NCBI GenBank assembly: GCA_963716175.1
Contig: OY970296.1
Location: 1,376,001-1,440,000, forward strand
Length of the DNA: 64,000 nucleotides
From: an uncultured Armatimonadetes bacterium
GTDB taxonomy: Bacteria; Armatimonadota; Hebobacteria; Hebobacterales; Hebobacteraceae
Reading direction: 5' to 3'
Shown: piece by piece, positions 26,939-37,091 of the stretch
Position numbering within the stretch: the stretch's first letter is position 1
Layout: each line of letters starts with the position of its first letter
Made by a program: the position numbers and the translations under genes
The notes under the pieces: model-generated
What the model was told of the DNA's origin: nothing
What the model saw: the letters and a program-made list of their open reading frames with translations, nothing else
Database searches by the model: none

Positions 26939-28759
26939 ATGGACCTGCTGAAACTCCTGCTCCGGCTGCTGCGGCCTCAGCGACGGCGGATCGGCCTGCT
27001 GCTGGCGGTGATCTTGGCCGCGAGCCTGATCGAGGTGGTGCTCTGGCCCCTGGTGTTCGGGGCCTTCATCAAGATCCTCCAGCTCGCCAAGGGCGATTTC
27101 CCGGTCAAGTATGGGTTTCTCAGGGCGATGGTGGAGCAGGCCAACCGTCTTCTGCCCCATACCGATGAAGAGCGGCGAACCGCCCTGCTCTGGATTGCTG
27201 CCGCCACCGTCCTCACCGCTCTTCTCCGCGCGGTGTTCACCTATGCCCGCGATTACCTGGGGCAGTATGTGGGCGGGCGGGCCCTGATTGACCTGCGCCT
27301 GCAGCTCTTCACCCGCCTGCAGCATCTCTCCCTGGCCTTCCACGAGTCCCAGCGAGTGGGCGATCTCATGTCCCGGCTGACCACGGATGTCGCTTTGGTG
27401 CAGCAGTTGGCGACCGCGGACATGACCAACTACCTGGCGGCGCCGCCCGTGGTGGTGTTGGGAATGGTGGGCATGTTCCTGCTGAACTGGCGGTTGAGCC
27501 TGTTCGTGGTGGTGTTCGCCCCCCTGACCGCCTACGTCGTGTCCCGCAGCGCCCGCCGGATTGGCCGGCTGACCCGCCGCCAGCAAGAGCGGATCGGGGA
27601 CCTGAACGCGCGGCTGCACGAGCGCCTCGCCTCCATCCGCATCATCCAGTCCTTCGTGCGGGAGAGCTATGAGGTCGAGCAGTTCCGCCGCCTGAACGAG
27701 AGCACGTTCGAGGCGCTGATGCGGGTGGCCAGGCTGGGCGCGCTGGCGCCCCAGTCGGTGCAGTTCCTCTCCACCGCGGCGCTGGTGATCGCAGCCACTT
27801 ACGCCGGCTTCCTGGTGATCGGCAAGCAGCTCGACCTGGCGGTGCTGGCGGTGTACTTCGTGCTGACCCAGCGCGTGGGGATCTACTTCGTCAAGTTCGG
27901 CTCCCTGCAGTTGCGGGTGAACCAGTCGCTGGCGGCGCTGCAGCGGATCGGGGAGGTGCTGTCGCAAGAGCCGGAGGTGCGGGAGCGACCGGATGCTCCT
28001 CCCCTGCCGCCGGTCCAGGGGAGGGTGGCCTTCCGCGGGGTCACTTTCCACTACGCGGGCGGGGAGACGGTGCTGAAGGAGGTTGATCTGGAGGTGGCGC
28101 CGGGGGAGGTGGTGGCCCTGGTGGGTCCCTCGGGCGCGGGCAAGACCAGCCTGGCCAACCTGATCATGCGCTTCTACGACCCGGCGGAGGGGCGGGTGGA
28201 GGTGGACGGCCACGACGTGCGGGAGGTGACGCTGCATTCGCTGAGGTCGCAGATCGGGCTGGTGCCCCAGGAGACCATTCTTTTCGGCGGCAGCCTGAGG
28301 GAGAACATCCTCTACGGGCGCGTCGATGCCAGCGAGCAAGAGGTGATGGCCGCGGCGGAGACGGCCAATGCCCACGGCTTCATCACCGCTCTGCCCCAGG
28401 GCTATGACACCGAGGTCGGCGAACGCGGCGTGAAGCTCTCTGGTGGCCAGCGCCAGCGCATCGCCATCGCCCGGGCGGTGCTGAAGGACCCGCGCATCCT
28501 GATCCTGGACGAGGCCACCAGCTCGCTTGATGCGGAGTCGGAGGCCCTGGTGCAGGAGGCGCTGGAGCGGCTGATGCGGGGCCGCACCACCCTGGTGATC
28601 GCGCACCGACTCTCCACCATTCGCCGAGCGGACCGCATACTGGTGCTGTCGGAGGGGCGGATCGTGGAGGTGGGCACACACGAGGAGCTGATGGCACGCG
28701 ATGGCCGTTACGCTCGCCTCTACCGATCCTCCGAGCTGCCCGGGATCACCCCGGCCTGA
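26939..28759 (+). CDS. ABC exporter, fused permease/ATPase (MsbA/Sav1866-like)
   Basis: TM domain plus GPSGAGKT, LSGGQRQR, ILDEATSSLD and IAHRLST. Confidence 0.93.
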   Translation: MDLLKLLLRLLRPQRRRIGLLLAVILAASLIEVVLWPLVFGAFIKILQLAKGDFPVKYGFLRAMVEQANRLLPHTDEERRTALLWIAAATVLTALLRAVFTYARDYLGQYVGGRALIDLRLQLFTRLQHLSLAFHESQRVGDLMSRLTTDVALVQQLATADMTNYLAAPPVVVLGMVGMFLLNWRLSLFVVVFAPLTAYVVSRSARRIGRLTRRQQERIGDLNARLHERLASIRIIQSFVRESYEVEQFRRLNESTFEALMRVARLGALAPQSVQFLSTAALVIAATYAGFLVIGKQLDLAVLAVYFVLTQRVGIYFVKFGSLQLRVNQSLAALQRIGEVLSQEPEVRERPDAPPLPPVQGRVAFRGVTFHYAGGETVLKEVDLEVAPGEVVALVGPSGAGKTSLANLIMRFYDPAEGRVEVDGHDVREVTLHSLRSQIGLVPQETILFGGSLRENILYGRVDASEQEVMAAAETANAHGFITALPQGYDTEVGERGVKLSGGQRQRIAIARAVLKDPRILILDEATSSLDAESEALVQEALERLMRGRTTLVIAHRLSTIRRADRILVLSEGRIVEVGTHEELMARDGRYARLYRSSELPGITPA

Positions 28760-28775
28760 GTCTGGAGCGGTCCGC

Positions 28776-29759
28776 ATGAGGGAGAGCCGGCAGGAGTTCG
28801 GTGAGCAGCCAGACGTATCTGTGATCATCATCAACTGGAACACCCGCGACTATCTGGCGCGCTGCCTGGACTCGCTGGCGCAGGGCGGCCTGGAGGGGGT
28901 GAGCGCGGAGGTCTGGGTGGTGGACAACGCCTCCAGCGACGGCAGCGCGGAGCTGGTGGGGGCGCGCTATCCCTGGGCCAGGCTGCAGGCGAATGAGCGC
29001 AATCTCGGTTTCGCCGCGGCCAACAACGCGGTGATGAGGCAGGCCGCGGGCCGGCTGTTCCTTCTCCTCAATGCGGATATGGTAGTGCCGGCGGGCGTGA
29101 TCCGGGAGCTGTCATCCCGGATGCAGGCGCGGCCGGAGGTGGGGATCGCGGCCTGCCGGCAGGTGGATGGGGGCGGGGGCGAGCTCGAATCCTACATGTT
29201 CGAATACATGGGGGGCCGGGTGCCGGGGGCGGTCCCGGTGCCTGCTCGACCCGCGGGCGAGGCGCGGGAAGTGGAAGTGGCCTGGGTGTGGGGATCGGGG
29301 ATAATGGTGCGCCGGGAAGTATTCGAGCAGACCGGCGGGTTCGACGAGAGCTTCTTCCTGTATTACGAGGACCTGGACTGGTGCTGGCGGGTCAGGCGGG
29401 CGGGATGGAAGGTCCTGTGCTATCCCGACCTTCAAGTCACGCACTTCGTGCGGCGGAGCACCTCCCGGGTCTCTCCCCGGGTCACTGCCGGCCGGCTAGT
29501 GGCAGGGGAACTGGCGCTGATGGAGCGCCACCTGCCGCGGCGGCGGCTGCGTCGCTTTCTGCTGGGGCGGTTTCTCTACTCTCTGCGCGGGGTCGCCTTC
29601 TACCGGGTGATGCTGGCGCTGGCGCCGTGCGAGCGCTATCTGACGAAGTACCACCGGTACCTGGCGAATGTCGTCTACATCGGCTCCCGGCATCGGCTGG
29701 TGCGGGAGCTGGCGCGGAGGTGGGCGTTGGTGGTGGGGAGAAGCAGCGCAGCCGGTTGA
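28776..29759 (+). CDS. Glycosyltransferase family 2
   Basis: SVIIINWN, VVDNASSDGS, NLGFAAANN, LLNAD and GGFDESFFLYYEDLDW. Confidence 0.9.
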   Translation: MRESRQEFGEQPDVSVIIINWNTRDYLARCLDSLAQGGLEGVSAEVWVVDNASSDGSAELVGARYPWARLQANERNLGFAAANNAVMRQAAGRLFLLLNADMVVPAGVIRELSSRMQARPEVGIAACRQVDGGGGELESYMFEYMGGRVPGAVPVPARPAGEAREVEVAWVWGSGIMVRREVFEQTGGFDESFFLYYEDLDWCWRVRRAGWKVLCYPDLQVTHFVRRSTSRVSPRVTAGRLVAGELALMERHLPRRRLRRFLLGRFLYSLRGVAFYRVMLALAPCERYLTKYHRYLANVVYIGSRHRLVRELARRWALVVGRSSAAG

Positions 29760-29810
29760 GCAAAGGCGGCGGCGATGCTTGTCCGCCTGCGGCGGACAAG
29801 CATCGCCGCC

Positions 29811-32800
29811 CTACGGGCGGCGCGCCGTGCGCCGCTCTTTCACCTGGGACATAAAGGAGGCGATCTTGGCGTCCCGGCTGGCGTCCACGAATCCATCGTA
29901 ATCGAGGTTCAGGAAGGGGATGTTGTCGTGGTCCCGGCGGAAGGCCTGGGAGAGCATGGTCACGGTCATGCCGGGCATGCAGTTGAAGGGCGCGACGCTG
30001 ACGATGCCGTCGAGCTGGCGCTTGGCGAAGTCGGCCGCCTTGCCCATCGAGCAGATCGCCTCTCCCCCGAAGGACGGGTGCACGTAGCGCGACCCCTCCG
30101 CCACCAGCTCGGCAGGGCCGATGTCGTCGAAGTCCCGCAGGAAAGGCAGGGTGGCCGAGAACAGGTGGTGCTCGTCTCTCACCGCCACCCCGGTGAGCAG
30201 CGCGCCGTTGAGCGCGGCGAGCAGGTCCTGGCGCGCGCGGGTATCCTGCCAGCGGTCGGAGGCGAGCAGGGCGCTGATGCGGTTGCAGTAGCCGAAGAAC
30301 TCCGTGGGCGGCGCCAACCACACCTCCGCGCCCGCCCGCTCCAGCTTGCGGATGATGTTCTGGTTCGAGCCGTCGTGGATGCGCACGAAGAACTCACCCA
30401 CCAGCCCGATCACGGGCCGGCGCTCTCCTCCATTCCGGCCGGCAAGGGCGGCGAACTCGCGCTGGGCGCGGCGCAGCAGATGCTCCAGCGCCTCGGTGTG
30501 CTGGCCGACTAGCAGTCGCCAGCGGCCGCGCGGCGAGGCGATGAGCTGGCGCTGAGCCGCCATCAGGTCGCATACCTGACGCAGATAGCGGGCGAAGATG
30601 CGGTCGCTCTGCCCGGGCCTGCCCTGAGCGGAGCCGAAGGGGTAGGCCTCATAGGGGCGGGTGTGCAGGCGCATCTTGTCGAGCATGTCGTGGGCGAGGA
30701 GGCCGCCCCAGGCCGCGAGCAGGAAGCTGATACCCAGGCCGCCGTGGGCGCTGCGGTTGCCCAGGGCGACCATCGCCACCTCACCCAGGCCCAGCTTGTC
30801 CAGGATGCGCCGCTGCATCATGCAGTACATGCCGAAACGGCATGGGCCCTCCGACTGGCCCTGGAAGAAGGCCTCCCGGCTGGGATCGAAGTCGGGCGCC
30901 TGCGCTCGCGCGAGCAGGTCCTGGGTGGTGATGAGCATGGGCAGGCAGACATCCTCGGAGATGGCGCGGCGGGCGAGGTTGAGCCCAGGGTCCTGGGAGC
31001 GGGGCAGCGGGGCCGCGTTCACGCCCCAGGCGCGCAGGGCCGCGGCGAGCACATCGGCCGCCCCGGAGGCCGTGGGAATCCAGAGGCGCCTATCACCGAG
31101 CGCCAGCAGGGGCGTGTCGCCGGTGGTGAACGCCGCCCTGGGCCCGGCGCCGTCGCCGCTGGCGGCGGTATCGGCGAAGGCCTCCATGCGGGTGATCACC
31201 CCGGCGTCCGCGGTGTGCTCATCAATCTGCATCACATAGCACGGCTCCCCGATCTCGTCTTTGAAGAAGGGGTTGGCGAAGGAGTCGGGCCCACAGGCGA
31301 AGTAGGTGAGCACTACCGCGCGCAGGCGCGAGTCGCGGGAGATGAGGCGGGCGGCGACCAGCTTCTTCTGGATTTGCCGCGAGTAGGCGTTGGCCCAGGC
31401 ATCGGAGACGTCCTCGCGGTCGAGCGGCAGGAAGTCGAACGGTATCGCCAGGATGCCCAGGTCCTGGATCTTCTTGCCGATGTCCATGTTCACGGCAGGA
31501 TCGTAGGTGGTGTAGGGGCGGCCCACCACCACGAAGGCGTGCTGGCCCGGGCGCAGGCTCTCCATCACCTCCTGTCCTCTCGCCTCCACCTGGCGGCGGA
31601 AGGTGCGGAGGGCTTCCAGGCCCGCGTCAATCGCCCGCTCTATCTGGGCAGGCCGCTTGCCGAGCTGGCGGCCGATCTCCCGAAAGACGCGGCGCAGGTG
31701 GCGCTCGCCCCGCTTGAAGAAGAGCCGGGGCCGCAGCAGCACCACCGGCTTCCGTGTCCCCCCTAGCTTCAGCGAAGGGGGATCCTCCAACCGCAGGGCG
31801 GCCGCGATCACCTCGGGCGCGGACATGACATAGGGGCAGGTATGGCTCTGGCGGAAGTGCGCATTGGGCTGCTCGGCATCGCAGACGCCGGGCAGGAAGA
31901 GATAATCAACCCCTCGCTCCACCAGTTGGGCGACGTGGCCGTGTGCCACCTTGAGTGGGTAGCAGGGCTCGCCCGCCACCGAGTTGATGCCCTTGGTGAT
32001 GATCTGCTTGTTGGTGGGGTCGGAGGGGATCACGCGCAGGCCCAGGCCCTGAAAGAAGGCGCGGTAGAGCGGGTAATACTCGGCGAACATCAGCCCGCGC
32101 GGGATGCCGACGGTGGGCGCGCCCTCCGGCGCGGGCGCGTCCGTTCCCTCCATCAGCATCTGCTCCCGCTCGGCGAAGAGGTCGGGCAGTCCTTCCCCCA
32201 GGCCCCGCTTGTGGGCCCCGCTGTAATGCTCGCAGCGGTCGTTGTAGAAGTACTTGGGCCCGCCGTCCACCTGGAAGACATTGACGTCGCAGCGATTGGG
32301 GCAGCGCTGGCACTCGAAGGATGAGACCTGGTACTGGCCGGCGGCGATCTGGGCGAAGCCGCGAAACCTGGGCTTTGCGGGGCGCTGGCGATAGGCGATG
32401 ACGGCCGCCCCCACGGCGCCGGTGAGATGGGGATAGGGAGGCACGATGATGGGCCGGCCCAGGATGGTCTCGAAGGCCGCCACCATGCCCTGGTTGAAGG
32501 CCACCGCCCCCTGAAAGGCGACTTTCTGTCCCACCTCGCGGCTGGCCACGTTCTTGTGCAGGTAGTTCTTGGCGCTGGCGAGACAGAGCCCCGCGCACAG
32601 GTCCTCGATGGGAACGTTGTTCTGCTGGTAGTAGACGGAGGCGGACTCGGAGAAGACGGTGCAGGTCCAGTCCAGATCCGGGGGGCGGGTGGCCCTCAGC
32701 GCGGTGGGGCCGAACTCCGTGATGTCCAGGCTGAGGCGGGCGGCCTGCTTCTCCAGGAAGGCGCCGGTGCCAGCGGCGCAGGCCTTGTTCATCTCGAAGT

Positions 32801-34225
32801 CCACGATGACATCGCCCTCGAGGCGGATGTACTTGGAGTCCTGCCCTCCGATCTCGAAGATGGACTCGATTCCCGGGACGAAGGCCCGCGCTCCCTGGGC
32901 CTGAGTGGTGATCTCGTTCTTGATCACATCCGCGCCCAGATAATCGCCGGTCAAGTAGCGGCCCGACCCGGTGGTGGCGGCGAAGATCCGGCCGATCTTG
33001 AGGCCCTTTTCCTCCACCTGGCGCTGAATCTGCCCCACGGTGTCTCGCACCGCGGCCAGGGGATCGCCATCGGTGCGGCGATAGTAGCTGGCCAGCATCC
33101 GCACCCGCCCCTCCACCTCGGTGATGAGCGCGGCCTTGGTGCTGACGGAGCCGATGTCCACCCCCAGCGCGGCCGCGGGGATCTCCCGCGGCAGATCGTC
33201 TGCGCTCTCCTCGGCGGCCAGCACGCGCGATCTGGAAATGACCAATGGGTCGGTTCCCAGATACTCAAGTGGCCGCTTGATCTGGGCCTCGAGCGCGGCC
33301 AGCGCTCGCGTCAGGTCCACCTCGGCTTGGGTTCGCAGCGCGGCGCCAATGGCCCCCAGGGTGAGGCTATGGCTGGGAACGATGATCTGCTCGGGGGAGA
33401 GGTCTAGCTCTTTCGCCAGGTACTTGCGCACCGCCGGGTTCAGCGACACCCCGCCGAGGAACAGCACCTGATCCACGAAGTCTTTGCCGCGGGCGATGGC
33501 GGAATGGTAATTGCGACAGATGGCCTGGTGGACGCCGGCGGCGATCCGCTCCCGCGGGGTGCCCTTCTGGTAGAGGTGCACGATATCGGATTCAGTGAAC
33601 ACCGCGCAGCGCCCGGACAGGGAGGCGGGGTTGTCGGTGTCATGCGCGACGCGGGCGAACTCCTCGATGGAGCCGAAGTTGAGGCGGCGGGCCATGTGAT
33701 CGAGGAAGGAGCCGCTGCCGGCGGCGCACTTGCTGCTCAGGTTGGCGTCATCCAGCAGCAATCTCCCGGCCATCTCGTCCCACTGGAAGCGCAGGTACTT
33801 CTGGGTCTCGCGCCCATCTCGATGATGGTGCGGGCCCCGGGATAGAGGAGGTTGCAGGCGGCGGCGATGGCGTTGGGCTCATCCACCATCGCGGCTCCGG
33901 CCGTTCCTGCGGAGCCGGCCGTTGGCTCCACCCCGAGCAGCTCCGCCACCCGGGGCGCGCCGGTGCCGGTGAGGCCAAGGACGACCGCGCTCTCCCCGGC
34001 CTGCTGCACGCGCAGCATGAGCTCGCGCACCCGTTCCAGAGGCCTGCCCCGAACCGGGGCCAGGCCCAGGTCCTCGACCTCCTCGCCGCGGATCAGCACC
34101 GCCTTCACCGTATCGGCGCCGATGTCAATGCCCAGGCGCAGGGGCCAGGCGCGGGCCTCCGATGCTGGGTGATCGGTTTGGGTGGGCCGAGGAGGTGGGC
34201 TGGTCGGGCGCTTGGTCATCACCAT
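29811..34225 (-). CDS. Acyl-CoA dehydratase activase-like fusion (two BadF/BadG/BcrA/BcrD ATPase domains plus DUF2229/dehydratase-like domains); frameshift at ~33815
   Basis: GIDIG, CAAGSGSFLD, LSGRCAVF, GVDIGSVSTK, EIGGQDSK, CAAGTGAFLE and PFNCMPG. One extra G at ATG-GG-CGC joins ORFs 33737-34288 and 29811-33773 (IEMGRETQKYL). Confidence 0.85.
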
Positions 34226-34288
34226 TCTCAAGGCTAGTGAGATGCTGGAGTTGAGCCTGGGAGCAAGCCCCAGAAAGCAGGCCGGCAA

Positions 34289-34317
34289 ATCATAGCCACC
34301 TGGCGCCAGGCTGTCAA
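34289..34317 (-). promoter_or_regulatory. Sigma70-type promoter for the activase gene
   Basis: TTGACA-17 bp-TATGAT on the minus strand. Confidence 0.65.
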
Positions 34318-34545
34318 CACGCGTTTGTCATCGCCGACGCATGGGCGAGCAGAACCGCGCGGAGCCGCAGTTCTGTAGGGCGGGTATATCGTCCACCCGG
34401 GTGCAGCGGGTGGACGTATGCCCGCCGCGGGTACGCCCGCCCAACACGGAGAGCCGGGAGCAGGCCCTTCGACTCCGCTCAGGGTAGACTCCGATATGCC
34501 CGCCCTACAGGCCGGGCTCCCACAGAAACAGACGGCAGGCCTGCC

Positions 34546-35526
34546 CTACTTGAGCTTCACTACCACTGGCCGGCCGGTCTCGGCGGACTTGTTCGCGGCC
34601 AGCGTCACCTCCGTGGTCTTGAGGGCGTCGTAGTAGTCGGACCGGATGACGGAGCGATCGCGGGTGCGGATAGCGTGGATGAAGGCCTGATCTATGTTCA
34701 TCCCGGCCGCAGGCAACTCGATCTTGGCGGCGCCTTCGGGCACGACTGTGAGCTCCTGTCCGAACTTCAGCACCATGTCCCGCAGCACCACCTCGAGGCC
34801 GCTGGAATACCCGCCCTGGGTGAGGGCGCAGCTGCATGCGAAGTAGCCGGTGGCTCCGTTCCTGAACTCCATCACGACGGCCTGGGCGTCCGGGATGGTC
34901 AGGTTCTCGACACCCCTGAGCACGCTGAGGGAGTAGTGCGCGCAGACCCGGGCCACCTCCCCCACCAGGTAGCGGATCATGTCCATCTGGTGGGTGGCCT
35001 GCTCGTGGAACATGCCGCCGGAGCGCTCCATCACCCGCCACCAGTGCTCGGGGCCGCCGGCGATGCCGCCGAAGCGGTGCCCGGCCACCAGGGCGACTGG
35101 CTTGCCGGCCAGGAACTGCCTGGCGGCGGCCGCGGCGGGCGTGTATCGCATCTGGTAGCCGACGCAGGAGATCACCTTGGCCTTCTTGATCGCCCTCCAG
35201 ATCTCCTTGCCCTTCTCCATGGTCATGACGACGGGCTTCTCCACGAAGAGGTGGATCTTCTTCTGGGCGGCGATGATCTCGGCATCGGTGTGGGCATCGG
35301 GCGGCAGGCAGACGTAGAGCGCGTCCATCTGCTCCCGCTCCAGCATCTCGTGGTGGTCCTGATAGACGCGGCCGCCGAACTGCTGGCTGGCCGCCTCCGC
35401 CCGCGCCCTTTGGGTATCGCACTGAGCGACGAACTCGACCCCCGGTATCTCCTTGAGCTGCTTCATGTGGAGGCCGGTGGCGATGCCACCGGTCCCGACA
35501 AAGCCTACTCGCACCTGGTCAGCCAT
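34546..35526 (-). CDS. Gfo/Idh/MocA family oxidoreductase
   Basis: FVGTGGIA, VCLPPDAH, EKP and SGGMFHEQATHQMD. Confidence 0.92.
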   Translation of the reverse strand: MADQVRVGFVGTGGIATGLHMKQLKEIPGVEFVAQCDTQRARAEAASQQFGGRVYQDHHEMLEREQMDALYVCLPPDAHTDAEIIAAQKKIHLFVEKPVVMTMEKGKEIWRAIKKAKVISCVGYQMRYTPAAAAARQFLAGKPVALVAGHRFGGIAGGPEHWWRVMERSGGMFHEQATHQMDMIRYLVGEVARVCAHYSLSVLRGVENLTIPDAQAVVMEFRNGATGYFACSCALTQGGYSSGLEVVLRDMVLKFGQELTVVPEGAAKIELPAAGMNIDQAFIHAIRTRDRSVIRSDYYDALKTTEVTLAANKSAETGRPVVVKLK

Positions 35527-35729
35527 TTCGCTTCTCCTCCACGGGATTGGGTGCTGCCGCGAGTGACCGGGTTCGCCCCACCGCTCTCGCTTCCTCTTGG
35601 ACCCAACCTTTTGTCCATAGGCCGCGACAAGTGTCGTCTCCGCGCGGCAAGTGGTCGCGCGACGGCACAGCCGGCAGGCCCGCGCTGTGCTATACAGTGA
35701 GGAGGATAGGCTAGAGGAAGGAGGCGACT

Positions 35730-35906
35730 ATGTGTGCGGTTTGCGGTTGTCTGACCACAAAGCAGCCGGCTCCTGAGGACGGCACCTATAAGTGCCTGGA
35801 GTGCGACGATGCCGGCAAGACGCAGCGGGTGACGGTGAAGAAGGGTGACGCCATGCCCGGCTGCTCGGCTTGTGGGAAGACAGAAGGCCACTGGGTCAAG
35901 GTCTAG
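35730..35906 (+). CDS. Small Cys-rich zinc-ribbon protein (58 aa, YjzC-like; not in ORF track)
   Basis: AAGGAGG RBS. Sequence MCAVCGCLTTKQPAPEDGTYKCLECDDAGKTQRVTVKKGDAMPGCSACGKTEGHWVKV. Confidence 0.8.
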   Translation: MCAVCGCLTTKQPAPEDGTYKCLECDDAGKTQRVTVKKGDAMPGCSACGKTEGHWVKV

Positions 35907-36032
35907 ATGCCCTCTCATCCCTGACGCGCTCCCGCGGTTGGTTGCGGGAGCGCTTGCTTTCTCGTGGCAATCCGTGGGGCGAACTCGAAGGGGGAGGCAC
36001 GTCCTCCCCCTTCGATTCTTCCCCCGCCTTTC

Positions 36033-37010
36033 TCAGGCCAAGGTTGCGCGGATGAACGCGAGGTCAGGCTCGGTGAGAGTGCGGCCGGCCCCCGAGACGT
36101 TGCACCTGGCCTGGCGCTCGTTGCGGAAGCCCGGGATGACGCAGGCCACCCGGGGGTGGGTGAGCACGTAGTTGGTCGCCAACGCGGCCAGGTCTTCGGC
36201 GGTGGAGCCGAAGCGGGCCTTGAGCTTCGCCAGCTTGGGCCTCAAGGCGGCGAGAGAGGCGGCCGAGAATTGGTCACTCCCCCGCCGGTGATCGCCGGAC
36301 TCGAACTGGGGCGGGTTCTTCGGGTCGAACTTGTCCAGCAGTAGGCCTTGCCCCAGAGGGCCGAAGCAGACCGCGGCCAGGCCGTGCTTCTCCATCAGCC
36401 GCTGCACTCGCGACCCGGGCCGGAGGAAACTGTCGTCCAGCGCGTTGGCGTGGAACTGGAGGGCGGCGGGCTGCACCTTGGGCACTAACCTCTCGAAGTC
36501 CTCCTCCGAGTAGGCGGACTGGCCCTTGTAGCGCACCTTGCCCTGCTCCACCAGACGGTTCATGACCTCCACCGCGTCGTCGAGGTAACGGTCGCTGGGA
36601 CCGAAGTCGGCGTGATGGAAGTAGTAGAGGTCTATGTGATCGCGTTTGAGGTTGATCAGTGACTGCTCGCACTGGTGACGGACATGGGCCGGCTCGAAGG
36701 CATGCTCCGCGGTGCCGGGGAACCAGCCCACCTTAGTGGCGATGATGACCTCGGTGGATTTCACGCCCAGACGCGCCAGCACTCGCGCCAGCATCCGTTC
36801 CGAGCGGCCGTTGCCGTAGGTATCCGCGGTGTCGAAGTGATTCACCCCGGCGTCCAGACCGGCCTTGATCCCGGCCGTGATCTCGTCCTCATCCACATCG
36901 GCCCAACCGTTGGGCTCTCCGTCAGACCAGCTCTGTCCGCCCATGGTCCAGCAGCCGAAGCTGATCTCCGATACCTCGAGGTCGGCCCGACCGAGCTTGC
37001 GGTATTTCAT
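36033..37010 (-). CDS. Aldo/keto reductase
   Basis: SEISFGCWTMGG, FDTADTYGNGRSE, IATKVG, SLINLKRDHIDLY and VIPG. Confidence 0.92.
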   Translation of the reverse strand: MKYRKLGRADLEVSEISFGCWTMGGQSWSDGEPNGWADVDEDEITAGIKAGLDAGVNHFDTADTYGNGRSERMLARVLARLGVKSTEVIIATKVGWFPGTAEHAFEPAHVRHQCEQSLINLKRDHIDLYYFHHADFGPSDRYLDDAVEVMNRLVEQGKVRYKGQSAYSEEDFERLVPKVQPAALQFHANALDDSFLRPGSRVQRLMEKHGLAAVCFGPLGQGLLLDKFDPKNPPQFESGDHRRGSDQFSAASLAALRPKLAKLKARFGSTAEDLAALATNYVLTHPRVACVIPGFRNERQARCNVSGAGRTLTEPDLAFIRATLA

Positions 37011-37091
37011 CTTGAGCCTCCTTGCTTGGCTTTGCCTTCTGAGACTGGGGCGATTTCCTTTGCGCGGGCGCGCGACAAGAGGGGAGGCAGC

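Noticed and set aside
26095-27168. 357-aa ORF
   Set aside because: It runs through a palindromic repeat mosaic, overlaps the ABC transporter promoter and start, and has no protein-like motifs.
33893-33920. Third palindromic insertion in the activase N-terminus (AGSAGTAGA)
   Set aside because: It is weakly palindromic and has no matching intergenic copy in the window.
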